Source: Acidimicrobiales bacterium | GTDB lineage: Bacteria > Actinomycetota > Acidimicrobiia > Acidimicrobiales > Bog-793 | Direction of reading: 5' to 3' | Assembly (NCBI GenBank): GCA_050010315.1 | Contig: JBEKLG010000002.1 | Span: 1-33,809 of the forward strand | Length of the DNA stretch: 33,809 bases | The notes under the pieces: model-generated | Database searches by the model: none | What the model was told of the DNA's origin: nothing | Seen by the model: only the letters and a program-made list of their open reading frames with translations | Shown here: positions 8,952 through 17,925 of the stretch, piece after piece | Position numbering within the stretch: the stretch's first letter is position 1 | Layout of the letters: each line of letters begins with the position of its first letter | Program-made: the position numbers and the translations under genes

Positions 8952-11795
8952 CTAATGCGACAAGCCGCGGCGCGCGACCGCCTTCCCTGCGCGCTTGGTC
9001 GGTGGCGAAACCTTCGCCTGGGCCTTTTTCACTCCGGCTTTTTTCACTCCGGCCTTTTTCACTCCGGCCTTTTTCACTCCGGCCTTTTTCACTCCGGCCT
9101 TTTTCTTCGCGGATCTCCCCCATCCGGATTTCTTCGCGCCGCGCCCCCGGGAAGCGGCCCCCGGCCCGGCCGCGCGCCGCTCGGCGAGCAGCTCCGCGGC
9201 CCTTTCGAGCGTCATCGTCTCGGGGTCGTCGCCACGTCGCAACGAGGCGTTCACGGTCCCGTCGCTGACGTAGGGACCGAAACGGCCGACGCGCAGGACA
9301 ATCGGCAATCCCGACTCCGGATCGGCACCGATCTCCCTGCTCGCGCTGCTGCCCGCGCCTGCGAAACGGCGCTGCTTGGGGCGCGCGAAGAGTTCGCGCG
9401 CCCTGGCGAGATCGATCGCCAATAGCTGCTCCTCGGTCTCGAGGCTGCGCGAATCGCTGCCGCGCTGCAGATACGGCCCGTAGCGGCCGTTGCGGGCGAC
9501 GATCTCCTCTCCAGTGGCGGGATCTACACCGACGACCCGGGGCAGCCGGAGCAACTCGAGCCCTTCTTCGAGAGTCAGCGATTCCGGGTCCATCGACTTG
9601 AAAAGCGACGCCCTTGGGGGTTTCACGCCCTTGGCACCCGCCTCGCCGAGCTGGACGTACGGCCCGAAACGCCCGTTGCGGACCGAGACGACGAGCCGGG
9701 TTTCGGGATCGGTCCCGAGCTCACGATCGCCCGATGGCTTGGCGATCAGCTCGAGGGCGCGTTCGAGCGAGAGCTCGTCGGGGGCAATCTCCGCCGGGAT
9801 CGAGGCGCGGTCCTCGCCGCGCTCGACGTACGGGCCGAACCGGCCAATCCGGATCACGACCGGCGTCCCGGCGCTGTCCGCGCCGAGGGGGATCGAGTTG
9901 ACCTCGCGGGCGTCGATCGCGCCGAGGCGCTCGAGGACCGCCTGTTTCAGGCCCCGTCGCCCTTCGACTGAGGTCGCGCGGCCCGAGGCGGAGGCCGTGG
10001 CCGGGCCTCCTTTGTCGCCGAAATAGAAGCGTTCGAGCCAGGGGGTCGCCTGCTCGGCGCCCGCGGCGATCTCGTCGAGGTCGTCTTCCATGGCAGCGGT
10101 GAAGTTGTAGTCGACGAGCGAGGGGAAGTGCGTCTCGAGCAGCCCGACGACGGCGAAGGCAAGGAAGGACGGGACGAGGGCACTGCCCTTCTTCCAGACG
10201 TAGCCGCGGTCCTGGATCGTCCCCAAGATGCTGGCGTAGGTCGACGGCCGTCCGACGCCGAGCTCCTCGAGGCGTTTCACGAGCGACGCCTCGGTGTAGC
10301 GCGGTGGGGGTTTGGTGACGTGGCCCTCGCGGGCGAACGATTGGAGCGCGAGCGACTCCCCGGAGCGGACCGCCGGCAGCCTGACCTCGTCTTCGCGGCG
10401 CGGTTCGTCCGATTCGTCCTCGCCCTCCCGGTAGACGGCGAGGAATCCGGGCGAGGTGATGACCGTCCCCGAGGCGACGAACTCGGCCACGGTCCCCCTG
10501 GCGGCAACGCTCGTCTTGGCCGCCGTGGCGCCGACAATGCGGAGACGGGCCGTAAACCCGGTCGCGTCGATCATCTGCGAAGCGATCGTCCTCTGCCAGA
10601 TGAGCTCATAGAGCCGACGCCCGTCGGCACCGGCCCCCGCCTCGATCGCAGCGGGGAGCCGGAAGCTGTCACCGGCGGGCCGGATCGCCTCGTGGGCTTC
10701 CTGGGCGTTCTTCACCCGACTGCGGTAGGTGCGCGCCCGCTCGGGGACGAGCGCGGCACCGTAGAGCTTCTTCGCTAGGTCGCGCGCCGCGGCGATCGCG
10801 CTCGCCGACAGCGTCGTCGAGTCTGTTCGCATATAGGTGATGCGGCCCTGCTCGTAGAGGCGCTGCGCGACGTTCATCGTCCGCTGCGCCGAGAATCCGA
10901 GCTTGCGCGCCGCCTCCTGTTGGAGCGTCGAGGTGATGAAAGGCGGTGGTGGCGAGCGGCGATACGGCTTCGTCTCGACGGCGCCGACCGAGAACGGCGC
11001 CGCCTCGAGCGCTCGGGCAAGCTCGGCGGACGAGGAGTCGCCGAGAAGGATCGGGCCTTCGACCTGGGCGAGCCGGCCGTCCGGCGTGAAGTCCGAACCG
11101 TCGGCGATCGGCCGGTCGCCGAGGCTCGCGAGGGTGGCGGTCACCGTCTCACCCGCGGCGGTCGTGAAGACCCCGGCGAGACTCCACCACGTCCCCGGGC
11201 GGAAGCGCATGCGCTCCCGCTCCCGCTCGACGACGATGCGCGTCGCGACGCTTTGGACGCGCCCCGCCGACAGCCCCCGCATGATCTTCTTCCAGAGAAC
11301 CGGCGACAGTTCGTAGCCGTAGAGGCGGTCGAGGATGCGACGCGCCTCCTGGGCGTCGACGAGGCGCCGGTCGAGTTCGCGCGGATGGTCGATGGCGTGC
11401 TCGATCGCGGCACGCGTGATCTCGTGGAAGACCATCCGCTTCACCGGTACCTGCGGCGAGAGCACCTCTTGCAGGTGCCAGGCGATCGACTCGCCCTCGC
11501 GGTCCTCGTCGGTGGCGAGGTAGAGCGTGCTCGCCTCCCGCAGGAGGGCACGCAGTTTCCGCACCTGGTCCCTTTTCTCGCCGGTGACGACGTACAGCGG
11601 CTTGAAGCCGTTGTCGACGTCGACCCCGAGCCGGGACCACGGCTCGGACTTGTAAAGGGCGGGGACCTCGGCGGCAGAACGCGGGAGATCACGGATGTGG
11701 CCGATCGACGACTCGACGAGATAGCCAGCGCCGAGGAAGCGCGCGATCGTTCTCGCCTTGGCGGGCGACTCGACGATCACCAGTGGCTTGGACAC
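8952..11795 (-). CDS. topA: DNA topoisomerase I (type IA) with a Lys-rich repetitive C-terminal tail
   Basis: Toprim LVIVESPAKARTIARFLG and ATDEDREGE. Active-site region GRITYMRTDSTTLS. Repeated C-terminal GRFGPYV modules. GGAGGG lies upstream of GTG 11795, so the track's additional 37 N-terminal codons are unlikely. Confidence 0.96.
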   Translation of the reverse strand: MSKPLVIVESPAKARTIARFLGAGYLVESSIGHIRDLPRSAAEVPALYKSEPWSRLGVDVDNGFKPLYVVTGEKRDQVRKLRALLREASTLYLATDEDREGESIAWHLQEVLSPQVPVKRMVFHEITRAAIEHAIDHPRELDRRLVDAQEARRILDRLYGYELSPVLWKKIMRGLSAGRVQSVATRIVVERERERMRFRPGTWWSLAGVFTTAAGETVTATLASLGDRPIADGSDFTPDGRLAQVEGPILLGDSSSAELARALEAAPFSVGAVETKPYRRSPPPPFITSTLQQEAARKLGFSAQRTMNVAQRLYEQGRITYMRTDSTTLSASAIAAARDLAKKLYGAALVPERARTYRSRVKNAQEAHEAIRPAGDSFRLPAAIEAGAGADGRRLYELIWQRTIASQMIDATGFTARLRIVGATAAKTSVAARGTVAEFVASGTVITSPGFLAVYREGEDESDEPRREDEVRLPAVRSGESLALQSFAREGHVTKPPPRYTEASLVKRLEELGVGRPSTYASILGTIQDRGYVWKKGSALVPSFLAFAVVGLLETHFPSLVDYNFTAAMEDDLDEIAAGAEQATPWLERFYFGDKGGPATASASGRATSVEGRRGLKQAVLERLGAIDAREVNSIPLGADSAGTPVVIRIGRFGPYVERGEDRASIPAEIAPDELSLERALELIAKPSGDRELGTDPETRLVVSVRNGRFGPYVQLGEAGAKGVKPPRASLFKSMDPESLTLEEGLELLRLPRVVGVDPATGEEIVARNGRYGPYLQRGSDSRSLETEEQLLAIDLARARELFARPKQRRFAGAGSSASREIGADPESGLPIVLRVGRFGPYVSDGTVNASLRRGDDPETMTLERAAELLAERRAAGPGAASRGRGAKKSGWGRSAKKKAGVKKAGVKKAGVKKAGVKKAGVKKAQAKVSPPTKRAGKAVARRGLSH
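9021..9105 (-). repeat. 15-bp tandem repeat (about 5.5 copies) inside the topA 3' end, encoding (KKAGV)n
   Basis: GGCCTTTTTCACTCC is repeated head to tail from 9021. One copy has a single mismatch (9036-9050) and the last copy is partial. It translates on the minus strand as KKAGVKKAGVKKAGVKKAGVKKAGVKKA. Confidence 0.9.
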
Positions 11796-11977
11796 GGCGG
11801 AACCCTCCGGGACGGTGGCGAAGGATAACGGTGCCCGTCCCCTCCGGCCAGCACCCGAACGCCCGGCCGCCTCCGCGGGCGGGCGTCGTGAGTTGTAACG
11901 GCTCACGGCAACGTGTTCGATAGGAGCGTGGACGCTGCTCGCGGGGACGCTCCGCCGGCGCTGGGCGCGCCGCGCCG

Positions 11978-12862
11978 ATGAGCGCCGTCACCAGCTCCGA
12001 GACCCTCGATCGCTGGCCACAGCCCCTCGACGAGGCGGCATTTTTCGACCTCGACAAGACCATCATGGCCAAGGACGCGATGGCGGCCCTCGGCGGGCCG
12101 TTGCGCAAGCGAGGCCTCATGAAGCGGCGCTCGCTCGCCCAGGTCGCCCTCGCCCAGGTCATCTACCTCATCTTGGGGTCGAACGACCGGCGGCTCGACC
12201 GCATCCGCGCCGCGGTGCTCCGGCTTACGAAGGGCTGGTCGCAGGCCGAGGTCGTCGCCATCGTGAACGACGCCCTCGAGAGCGTGCTCGAGCCGATCAT
12301 CTACGACGAGGCGATGGACCTGATCGACGGCCACCACTCGGCGGGCCGCCAGGTCGTCATCGTCTCGGCCTCGCCGATCGAGGTCGTCCAACCGCTCGCC
12401 CGGCATCTCGGCGCCGACGCCACGATCGCCAGTGAAGCAGCGATCGACGCCAACGGCCGTTACACGGGCGAACTCGCCTTCTACGCCGCCGGGCCGCAGA
12501 AAGCAGACGCGGTGCGCGCCTATGCCTTGAGATTCGGGGTCGACCTCGCCCGCTCCTACGCCTACAGCGACTCGCTCACCGACCTGCCATTGCTCGAGAT
12601 CGTCGGTCATCCGGTCGCGGTAAACCCCGACCGGGGCCTCGCCAAGGTCGCCGAGGAACGCGGCTGGGACGTCGAGAGCTTCGTCCGGCCGGTCCGCTTG
12701 CGCGACCGCGTCCGGGACCGGGTGCGCGCCGTGCCGCCACGGCCGGCCATCGCCATCGGGACGAGCACCGTCATCGTCGGCATCGGCGCCGCGGCCCTCG
12801 GCTGGTGGCTCCACTCCCGGCGGCGGACCGAGGCGGTCCTGCGCAAGGTGCGCGTCGCCTGA
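11978..12862 (+). CDS. HAD-IB family hydrolase (SerB-like phosphatase) with a C-terminal membrane anchor
   Basis: Motif I FFDLDKTI, motif II VIVSASP, motif IV YSDSLTDLPLL. C-terminal hydrophobic segment AIAIGTSTVIVGIGAAALGWWL. Confidence 0.85.
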   Translation: MSAVTSSETLDRWPQPLDEAAFFDLDKTIMAKDAMAALGGPLRKRGLMKRRSLAQVALAQVIYLILGSNDRRLDRIRAAVLRLTKGWSQAEVVAIVNDALESVLEPIIYDEAMDLIDGHHSAGRQVVIVSASPIEVVQPLARHLGADATIASEAAIDANGRYTGELAFYAAGPQKADAVRAYALRFGVDLARSYAYSDSLTDLPLLEIVGHPVAVNPDRGLAKVAEERGWDVESFVRPVRLRDRVRDRVRAVPPRPAIAIGTSTVIVGIGAAALGWWLHSRRRTEAVLRKVRVA

Positions 12863-12876
12863 GCGCGAGCGCCGCC

Positions 12877-12954
12877 TCAGTCCGAGCTGAGCCGCCTCGC
12901 GACGATGACGCCGAGCGCGACGAGCACGGCGAGAATCAGGAGCTTTTTCAGCAT
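12877..12954 (-). CDS. possible 25-aa single-TM micro-protein (not in the ORF track)
   Basis: The ATG 12954 to TGA 12877 frame reads MLKKLLILAVLVALGVIVARRLSSD. It sits 60 nt downstream of the sigma factor gene on the same strand. Support is the hydrophobic-helix pattern only. Confidence 0.3.
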   Translation of the reverse strand: MLKKLLILAVLVALGVIVARRLSSD

Positions 12955-13014
12955 GACCTCATCGTAACGGCAGCGGCGCGCCCCGCCGGGGCACCGCCAC
13001 GACGAGTCGGGGTG

Positions 13015-13953
13015 CTACACGGTGAGCAGGTCGCGGGCCCCGGTGTCGCTCGAGGGGTGGCGGAGCTTGGACATCGCCCGTGCCTCGATCTGACGGATGC
13101 GCTCCCGGGTGAGGTTGAAGTGCTCGCCGACCTCTTCCAGGGTACGTGGCTCGCCACGGTCGAGCCCGAAGCGCAGACGCAGGATCTCCCGCTCCCGTTC
13201 GTCCAGCGGTGCGAGCAGACGGTTGATCTCGACCGGTAAGAGCGCGGTCGCCGCCATCTCGAAGGGGGATTCCGCCGAACGGTCCTCCACGACGTCACCG
13301 AGCTCGGCGTCCCCGTCCTCACGCAGTGGCTCGGAGAGCGAGAGCGGCTCGGCGCGGAAGCGCAGCGCCTCGATGAGTTTGTCCTCCGGCAGCTCGACCT
13401 CGGCCCCGAGCTCGGCGAGGGTCGCCGGACGGCCGAACTTCAGCTCGAGTCGCGCCTGGGCCTTTTGCACCCGGGCCAGGGTGTCGCCTGCGTGGACCGG
13501 CAACCGGATCGTCCGGCCGGTGTTGGCGATGCCCCGCGTGATCGCCTGGCGGATCCACCACGTGGCGTAGGTCGAGAACTTGAAGCCCTTGCGCCAGTCG
13601 AACTTCTCGACGGCGTGCATCAGGCCGAGGTTGCCCTCCTGGATCAAATCGAGCAGCGGCAGCCCCGACGCCTGGTACTTCTTCGCGATCGAGACGACGA
13701 GACGGAGGTTCGACTGGACGAAGGTGCGCTGGGCGTCGTCCCCCTGGCGGACGATTCGCCGCAGCTCGCGCCGACGCGTCGCCGTCATGCCCTTGGGCGG
13801 CTTAGCGAGCTCCTCTTCGGCCTGGCCGCGCCGCTCGATCGCCTGGGCCAGGCGTACCTCGTCATCTTTGGTGAGCAGCGGGTACTGGCCGATGTCAGTC
13901 AGGTACAGCCGGACGAGATCTTCCTCGTCGCGCTCGACTCGCTCCTTCGCCAA
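13015..13953 (-). CDS. RNA polymerase sigma-70 family factor, group 1/2-like (SigB/HrdB-like, no long N-terminal extension)
   Basis: Region 1.2 DLVRLYLTDIGQYPLLT. Regions 2.x LIQEGNLGLMHAVEKFDWRKGFKFSTYATWWIRQAITR. Region 4.2 TLEEVGEHFNLTRERIRQIEARAMSKLR. The apparent start is TTG, with GGAGGA 10 nt upstream. Confidence 0.93.
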   Translation of the reverse strand: MAKERVERDEEDLVRLYLTDIGQYPLLTKDDEVRLAQAIERRGQAEEELAKPPKGMTATRRRELRRIVRQGDDAQRTFVQSNLRLVVSIAKKYQASGLPLLDLIQEGNLGLMHAVEKFDWRKGFKFSTYATWWIRQAITRGIANTGRTIRLPVHAGDTLARVQKAQARLELKFGRPATLAELGAEVELPEDKLIEALRFRAEPLSLSEPLREDGDAELGDVVEDRSAESPFEMAATALLPVEINRLLAPLDEREREILRLRFGLDRGEPRTLEEVGEHFNLTRERIRQIEARAMSKLRHPSSDTGARDLLTV

Positions 13954-14152
13954 TGCGGTCCGGTCCTCCGTGAGTTGACAGCCACTGGGAGCGGACTCCC
14001 GATGCCCAGATACCTAACGGCATCTTCAGTGGCGACGGTAACTGCACCGGTCCGATCCGCCGCGAATCTGGTGAAGTCCCAAACTCAGTGTAACGAGGTA
14101 GTCAAGGGGGTCCCGCACGGTCCTGAACAGGGATGACGCGACTCGGAGACCC

Positions 14153-14698
14153 TCAGGACGGGCGACGCCGCGGGCCGAACGGACCGGGGACCGCCTCGAG
14201 AAGCCCGCGCACGGTTTTCGCCCGGCCACTCCCGCCCCGCCCGGCGCACAGCGCCTGCCCGTCGGCGGCGACGCCCTCGAGGTCGTCGAGGGCGCGGCGC
14301 AGCACCCGACGCAACGGGCCGTCACCGGGGCCTGCCGCTGCGGCGAGGTGCTCGCCGTAGGCGGCGGTCATCGCCGGATAGACGACGCCCAGGAGCGCAT
14401 CGAGGAGCTCCCCGTCCCCGCCTTCGGCGACCAGGGCGTCGAGCGCCTCGTCGAGGCGACGGCCCGGCGAGCGGGTCAACTCCCCGGAACCGGCGAGACC
14501 GGCCGCGACCGGGAGCAGCGTCTCGAAAAGCGCGGCCCGGAAACCGTGGGCGAGGCTCGCCTCCGACAGGTAAACGACACTTCCGGCCTCGGCGCAGGAA
14601 GGGGCGCGCCCGCCCAGCCGAGCGAAGAGGCCGAGCTCCACGTAGCGGTAGCGACCGGCGAGATCCGCGGTCTCTTGAAGCGTCAACGGCCCGGTCAC
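14153..14698 (-). CDS. hypothetical protein, translationally coupled to nadE
   Basis: 181 aa, Ala/Leu/Gly-rich and predicted helical; no family recognised. Its GTG start forms a GTGA overlap with the nadE stop (14698-14695). Amino-acid composition looks protein-like, unlike the Arg-rich opposite-strand ORF. Confidence 0.55.
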   Translation of the reverse strand: MTGPLTLQETADLAGRYRYVELGLFARLGGRAPSCAEAGSVVYLSEASLAHGFRAALFETLLPVAAGLAGSGELTRSPGRRLDEALDALVAEGGDGELLDALLGVVYPAMTAAYGEHLAAAAGPGDGPLRRVLRRALDDLEGVAADGQALCAGRGGSGRAKTVRGLLEAVPGPFGPRRRPS

Positions 14699-16401
14699 GA
14701 CGACGCGCCGGCGCCGAAGGGGCGGCCCGAGCGGAAGCGGTTCGTGATCGGCATCCGACGGTCCTTGCCGAAGGCCCTGCTCGTCACCCGCGGTCCCGGC
14801 GGCGCCTGGCGCCGCTTGTACTCCGCCGTGTCGACGAGGTCGAAGATCCGGCGGACGGTCGCCTCCTCGAAGCCCTCGGCGACCAGGTCGGCGACGTTCG
14901 CGTGGCGCTCGACGTAGGCCTCGAGGATCGGGTCGAGCACGTCGTAAGGGGGGAGCGAGTCCTCGTCGCGTTGGTTGGGGCGCAGCTCTGCCGACGGGGG
15001 CTTCGCGAAGATCTCCTCCGGGATGAGTTGCCGTCCGGCCTTGGCGTTGCAGAAGCCCGCGAGGGCGTAGACGAGGAGCTTCGGGACGTCGCGGATCACG
15101 GCGAAGCCGCCGGCGGTGTCGCCGTAGAGCGTCGAGTAGCCGACCGCCGTCTCGCTCTTGTTCCCGGTCGTGAGGACGAGCCAGCCGAACTTGTTCGACA
15201 GCGCCATGAGGAGGGTGCCGCGGATCCGCGCCTGGAGGTTCTCCTCGGCGACACCCGGCGGCCGATCGCCAAAGCTCGGCGCCAGCAGTTCGAGCAACGT
15301 CTCGTGCGCCTTCTTGATCGGGATCACCAAGAGGTCGATACCGAGACCCTGTGCGAGGGCGGTCGCGTCGGCGAGGGACTCCAGGGAGGAAAAGCGCGAG
15401 GGCATCGCCACACCGTGGACGCGCGCCGGCCCCACGGCGTCGACGGCGATCGCCGCGACGAGCGACGAGTCGATCCCGCCCGAAAGCCCGACGACGCAGT
15501 CGGCAAAGCCGTTCTTCCCGACGTAGTCCCGCGTCGCCAGCACGAGCGCCTCGTAGGTCGCGGCGTCGCCCTCGAGTACCGTGGCGACCGTTGCGGCGGC
15601 CGGCGCGCGGCGCCCCTTCCGCCGCCCGCTGACCTCGACGACGCCCTGGCGCGAGCGGACCTCGTCTGAGAAGGCGACGTCGACGACGGCGATGTCCTCA
15701 TTGAACTGGGCGAGGGAGGCGAGAAGCGAACCGTCGGGGTTGACGACCATCGAGCCCCCGTCGAAGACGAGCTCGTCCTGACCGCCGACGAGGTTGACGT
15801 AGACGATGGCGCACCCGGACTCGGCCGTCCGGGCAACGAGCATCTCCTCGCGCTCGGCTCGGACCCCGGCGCGATACGGCGAGGCGTTGAGCGACAACAC
15901 GATCTTCGCCCCGCCGGCACGGAGCCGCGCCACCGGACCCTCGGGTGCCCAGGCATCCTCGCAGATCACGACGCCGACCGGCCCGCCGCCGATGGAAAAG
16001 ACCGGTGAGTCGCCGGCACCGGGGACAAACCAGCGCTGCTCGTCGAAAACCCCATAGTTCGGGAGCAGTTCTTTCACCACAACGCCGCGCACCTCATGGT
16101 GGCAGCAGACCGCCGCCGAGTTGCGCAGACCTCCGGACTCGGCCACGTAGCCGACGACCGCCGCACATCCGCCCACCCCGGCCGCCACCGCCCGGACAGC
16201 TTCCTCGCTGGCAGCGACGAAGTCCGGCTCGAGCAGCAGGTCCTCGGGCGGATAGCCCGTCACGACGAGCTCGGGGAAGACCGCGACGTCGGCCCCAAGT
16301 GCCTCGGCGCGCGCTTGCGCCGCGAGTACACGCCTGACGTTCCCACCGAAGTCCCCGACCACTGCGTCGATCTGGCAGAGCGCGACGCGTAGCCAGCCCA
16401 C
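14695..16401 (-). CDS. nadE: glutamine-dependent NAD+ synthetase
   Basis: N-terminal CN-hydrolase domain (LRVALCQ, FPELVVTGYPPEDL, VVICEDAW). C-terminal PP-loop VVGLSGGIDSS and TGNKSETAVGYSTLYGD. Starts at GTG 16401; the track's 896-aa ORF continues as antisense of glnA. Confidence 0.93.
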   Translation of the reverse strand: MGWLRVALCQIDAVVGDFGGNVRRVLAAQARAEALGADVAVFPELVVTGYPPEDLLLEPDFVAASEEAVRAVAAGVGGCAAVVGYVAESGGLRNSAAVCCHHEVRGVVVKELLPNYGVFDEQRWFVPGAGDSPVFSIGGGPVGVVICEDAWAPEGPVARLRAGGAKIVLSLNASPYRAGVRAEREEMLVARTAESGCAIVYVNLVGGQDELVFDGGSMVVNPDGSLLASLAQFNEDIAVVDVAFSDEVRSRQGVVEVSGRRKGRRAPAAATVATVLEGDAATYEALVLATRDYVGKNGFADCVVGLSGGIDSSLVAAIAVDAVGPARVHGVAMPSRFSSLESLADATALAQGLGIDLLVIPIKKAHETLLELLAPSFGDRPPGVAEENLQARIRGTLLMALSNKFGWLVLTTGNKSETAVGYSTLYGDTAGGFAVIRDVPKLLVYALAGFCNAKAGRQLIPEEIFAKPPSAELRPNQRDEDSLPPYDVLDPILEAYVERHANVADLVAEGFEEATVRRIFDLVDTAEYKRRQAPPGPRVTSRAFGKDRRMPITNRFRSGRPFGAGASS

Positions 16402-16487
16402 GCCGTCATCGTAGCGATGGCAGTCTCGCACTCCGATAAGCGCCCGCCGGCGCCCGCCGTTTGGTCGGGCCCGCGGGGTCTGCGAGA

Positions 16488-16531
16488 CTTGTCCTCGCGA
16501 CCGGCGCGAGCGCGACCTTGTCATCGCGCGA
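16488..16531 (+). promoter_or_regulatory. direct repeat CTTGTC(C/A)TCGCG(C)GA x2 in the nadE/glnA divergent control region; possible regulator site
   Basis: CTTGTCCTCGCGA (16488-16500) and CTTGTCATCGCGCGA (16517-16531), with the palindrome CTCGCG-ACCGG-CGCGAG (16494-16510) between them. The repeats end just upstream of the glnA SD AAGGGA. Function is not established. Confidence 0.2.
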
Positions 16532-16542
16532 AGGGATGAACG

Positions 16543-17886
16543 ATGGAGAACCAGCGCGAGTACGTCCTGAAGACGGTGGAAGAACGCGGCATCCGTTTCA
16601 TCCAGCTCTGGTTCACCGACGTGCTCGGCACCCCGAAGACGTTCTCGATCCCCCCCGCCGAGTTCGAGAACGCGATTGACGACGGGATGACCTTCGACGG
16701 CTCCTCGATCGATGGCTTCAGCCGGATCCAGGAGAGCGACGTCGTCGCCCACCCTGACCTGAAGACGTTCCAGATCCTGCCGATCAGGTCCGGCGAGGAC
16801 GCGACGGTCGCCCGCGTCTTCTGCGACATCTCGAACGTCGACGGCACGCCTTTCGAGGGCGACCCGCGCCACGTGCTGCGTCGGGCGCTCGAGCGCGCCC
16901 ACGATCGCGGCTTCAGCTTCTTCGCCGCCCCTGAGCTCGAGTACTTCTACTTCGCGAGCTCCGACGCCGATGCCGACGTGCCGCCGCAGCCGCTCGACAC
17001 CGGCTCGTACTTCGAGCTCACGGTGGCAGACCTCGCCACCGATCTCCGGCGCAAGACCGTACTCACGCTCGAGGACATGGGGATCCCGGTCGAGTACGCC
17101 CAGCACGAGGACTCCCCGAGCCAGCACGAGATCGACCTGCGCTACACGGACGCCCTGACGATGGCCGACACGATCATGACCGTCCGCCTGCTGATCAAGC
17201 AGATCGCGCAGGAACACGGCGTCTACGCCTCGTTCATGCCGAAGCCGCTTGCCGGCGTCCAGGGCTCGGGGATGCACACCCACTGCTCGCTTTTCAGCGA
17301 CGGCCAGAACGCCTTCTACGACGTCGACGACGAGCACGGGCTCTCGGTGACGGCGCGCCAGTTCATCGCCGGGCTGCTCGAGCACGCCCGGGAGATCACC
17401 GCGGTGACGAACCAGTGGGTGAACTCCTACAAGCGCCTCGTCTCGGGCTACGAGGCGCCGTTCACCGTTTCCTGGGCGTACAACAACCGCTCGGCGCTCG
17501 TGCGCGTGCCGGTCGTGAAGCAGCGCAAGACGGAGTCAGCCCGCGTCGAGTACCGCTCGGTCGACCCGGCGTGCAACCCCTACCTCGCCTTCGCGGTCAT
17601 CCTCGCGGCCGGCCTGCGCGGGATCGAGGAGGCCTACGAGCTGCCCGCCGAGGCAGATGCGAACCTGTACACGATGACCCCCCGCGAGCTCGCCGCGGCC
17701 GGCATCCGCCCTCTGCCGAGAACGCTCGACGAGGCGCTGCAGATGATGGAGGGCTCCGAACTGGTCCTCGCCACGCTCGGTGACCACGTCTTCGAGTGGT
17801 TCCTCCGCAACAAGCGGGCCGAGTGGGAGGACTACAGCCGTCAGATCACGCCGTTCGAACTCATCCGCTACCTCCCCGCCCTGTAG
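16543..17886 (+). CDS. glnA: glutamine synthetase, type I
   Basis: FTDVLGTPKTFSIP, DGSSIDGF, FMPKPLAGVQGSGMHTHCSLF, NSYKRLVSGYEAP, VEYRSVDPACNPYLAFA. An NLY motif sits at the position of the adenylylation Tyr. SD AAGGGA lies 6 nt upstream. Confidence 0.96.
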   Translation: MENQREYVLKTVEERGIRFIQLWFTDVLGTPKTFSIPPAEFENAIDDGMTFDGSSIDGFSRIQESDVVAHPDLKTFQILPIRSGEDATVARVFCDISNVDGTPFEGDPRHVLRRALERAHDRGFSFFAAPELEYFYFASSDADADVPPQPLDTGSYFELTVADLATDLRRKTVLTLEDMGIPVEYAQHEDSPSQHEIDLRYTDALTMADTIMTVRLLIKQIAQEHGVYASFMPKPLAGVQGSGMHTHCSLFSDGQNAFYDVDDEHGLSVTARQFIAGLLEHAREITAVTNQWVNSYKRLVSGYEAPFTVSWAYNNRSALVRVPVVKQRKTESARVEYRSVDPACNPYLAFAVILAAGLRGIEEAYELPAEADANLYTMTPRELAAAGIRPLPRTLDEALQMMEGSELVLATLGDHVFEWFLRNKRAEWEDYSRQITPFELIRYLPAL

Positions 17887-17925
17887 GAGCAGAAGTGACC
17901 TCGCCCGAAAAGAGTCGGTAGGCAC

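Noticed and set aside
8911-9425. ORFs translating the 15-bp repeat in other frames, (GRSEK)n on the minus strand and (FFTPA)n / (FSLRP)n on the plus strand; also a possible CRISPR-like array
   Set aside because: The repeat is part of the topA reading frame, encoding the (KKAGV)n tail. The units are contiguous with no spacers and are only 15 bp long, so this is not a CRISPR array.
16402-16542. Canonical GlnR box (gTnAc-n6-GaAAc) upstream of glnA
   Set aside because: Only loose partial matches are present, for example GTCAT-n6-GAAGG. That is not enough to call a site; the direct repeat is reported separately as an open observation.
14695-17385. 896-aa minus-strand ORF
   Set aside because: It is a chimera. 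Only the C-terminal 568 codons (from GTG 16401) are NadE. The upstream part is antisense to the well-supported glnA gene and is Arg/Glu/Val-rich nonsense.
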